From IMG/VR virus record IMGVR_UViG_3300033067_001144: 64,000 nt of DNA. One strand, given 5' to 3'. Positions 63,426 through 64,000 of the stretch are shown piece by piece. The DNA comes from an uncultured virus (IMG/VR IMGVR_UViG_3300033067_001144) (lineage: Duplodnaviria > Heunggongvirae > Uroviricota > Caudoviricetes). Below the pieces are notes generated by a model that ran no database searches, had not been told where the DNA came from, and saw only the letters and a program-made list of their open reading frames with translations. How positions within the stretch are numbered: position 1 is the stretch's first letter; each line of letters begins with the position of its first letter. The position numbers and the translations under genes were made by a program.

Positions 63426-64000
63426 ATGAAGAAGTCGCTGCGCAAAGCCATTCAAGCCCACACCGAACGCGAGGTACCCTGCACCGAGAACGGTCTCTAC
63501 CACGAGGTGATTCACGGTAAGTCACACCGTGTGCTGCGCTCCCTTCCCGACCACTGCATTGACGCGTATGTGACGGACCCTCCGGCGGGCATCGAGTTCA
63601 TGCAAACATCGTGGGATAGTTTTGGAGGTCGCAACGAAACAGCGTCAGGCCAACGAGATACTGCGCAGTGGAACGTGAAAGGGAAGGACAGCAAGCACGC
63701 GAACATTCCCAAGATGCGTCTGACGACGAGCCAGGGCTCCTTTCATAAGGGAGCTCGTGAAGCCTTCATCAAGGCTATGCACAAGGTCTTCAAAGAGGTT
63801 CTCCGCGTGCTCAAGCCGGGGGCCTACGCGCTCGTGTGGGCCATTCCTCGTACGTCCCATTGGACGACCACCGCCTTGGAAGACGCTGGCTTCGAGATTC
63901 GAGACATTCTCACGCACGTTAATGTCCAGGGCATGCCAAAGGGGCAAGACCTGGGTCGTATGATCGATCGGAAGCTCGGGAACGAGCGGAAGGTTATTGG
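63426..64000 (+). CDS. Second DNA amino-methyltransferase, 5' part (runs off the window; absent from the ORF track)
   Basis: Manual translation: IHGKSHRVLRSLPDHCIDAYVTDPPAGIEFM...EVLRVLKPGAY...ALEDAGFEIRD. Confidence 0.88.
   Translation, partial: MKKSLRKAIQAHTEREVPCTENGLYHEVIHGKSHRVLRSLPDHCIDAYVTDPPAGIEFMQTSWDSFGGRNETASGQRDTAQWNVKGKDSKHANIPKMRLTTSQGSFHKGAREAFIKAMHKVFKEVLRVLKPGAYALVWAIPRTSHWTTTALEDAGFEIRDILTHVNVQGMPKGQDLGRMIDRKLGNERKVI

Noticed and set aside
1..64000. Stop-codon reassignment
   Set aside because: Recognisable genes are full length and end with TAA, TAG or TGA; only one isolated in-frame TAA was seen
1..64000. tRNA or rRNA genes, group I/II introns, DGR, transposases
   Set aside because: None were recognised by eye, and no reverse transcriptase or template/variable repeat pair was seen; a tRNAscan/Infernal run would be needed to exclude small RNAs

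Overview
A 64-kb segment of a large, GC-rich (roughly 60-65% by eye) tailed dsDNA phage, probably a jumbo phage. Nearly all credible genes lie on the + strand and use the standard code; the host cannot be determined from this window. About 1-21 kb is a replication, recombination and nucleotide module: intein-containing ThyX, type IA topoisomerase, intein-containing RecA, a DNA methyltransferase, a HAD phosphatase, SbcD, DnaX, SbcC, MazG and low-complexity Glu/Lys proteins. About 21.5-38.3 kb is a virion fibre/appendage cluster interrupted by an E2-like gene, a DenV-like glycosylase, a 3'-5' exonuclease and a NUDIX gene, and followed by thymidine kinase. About 40-64 kb is an early/accessory region with three sigma70-like promoters, paralog families, a histone/HMGA-like protein, DNA ligase, SLOG, MazG, a truncated SerRS-like enzyme, a radical SAM protein and a second methyltransferase. 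The most striking observation is ORF 48008-48976, which reads as a patchwork of signature motifs from unrelated core phage proteins (prohead protease, helicase/RecA, PolA, terminase, and capsid including a Gol-like peptide) and is a candidate immune decoy. Also notable are an identical C-terminal EKPAKKKSKK tag on RecA and a disordered protein, the arm-less SerRS-like enzyme, the E2-like gene beside tail fibres, and two dispersed intergenic motifs. All family assignments come from motif recognition by eye; no searches were run.
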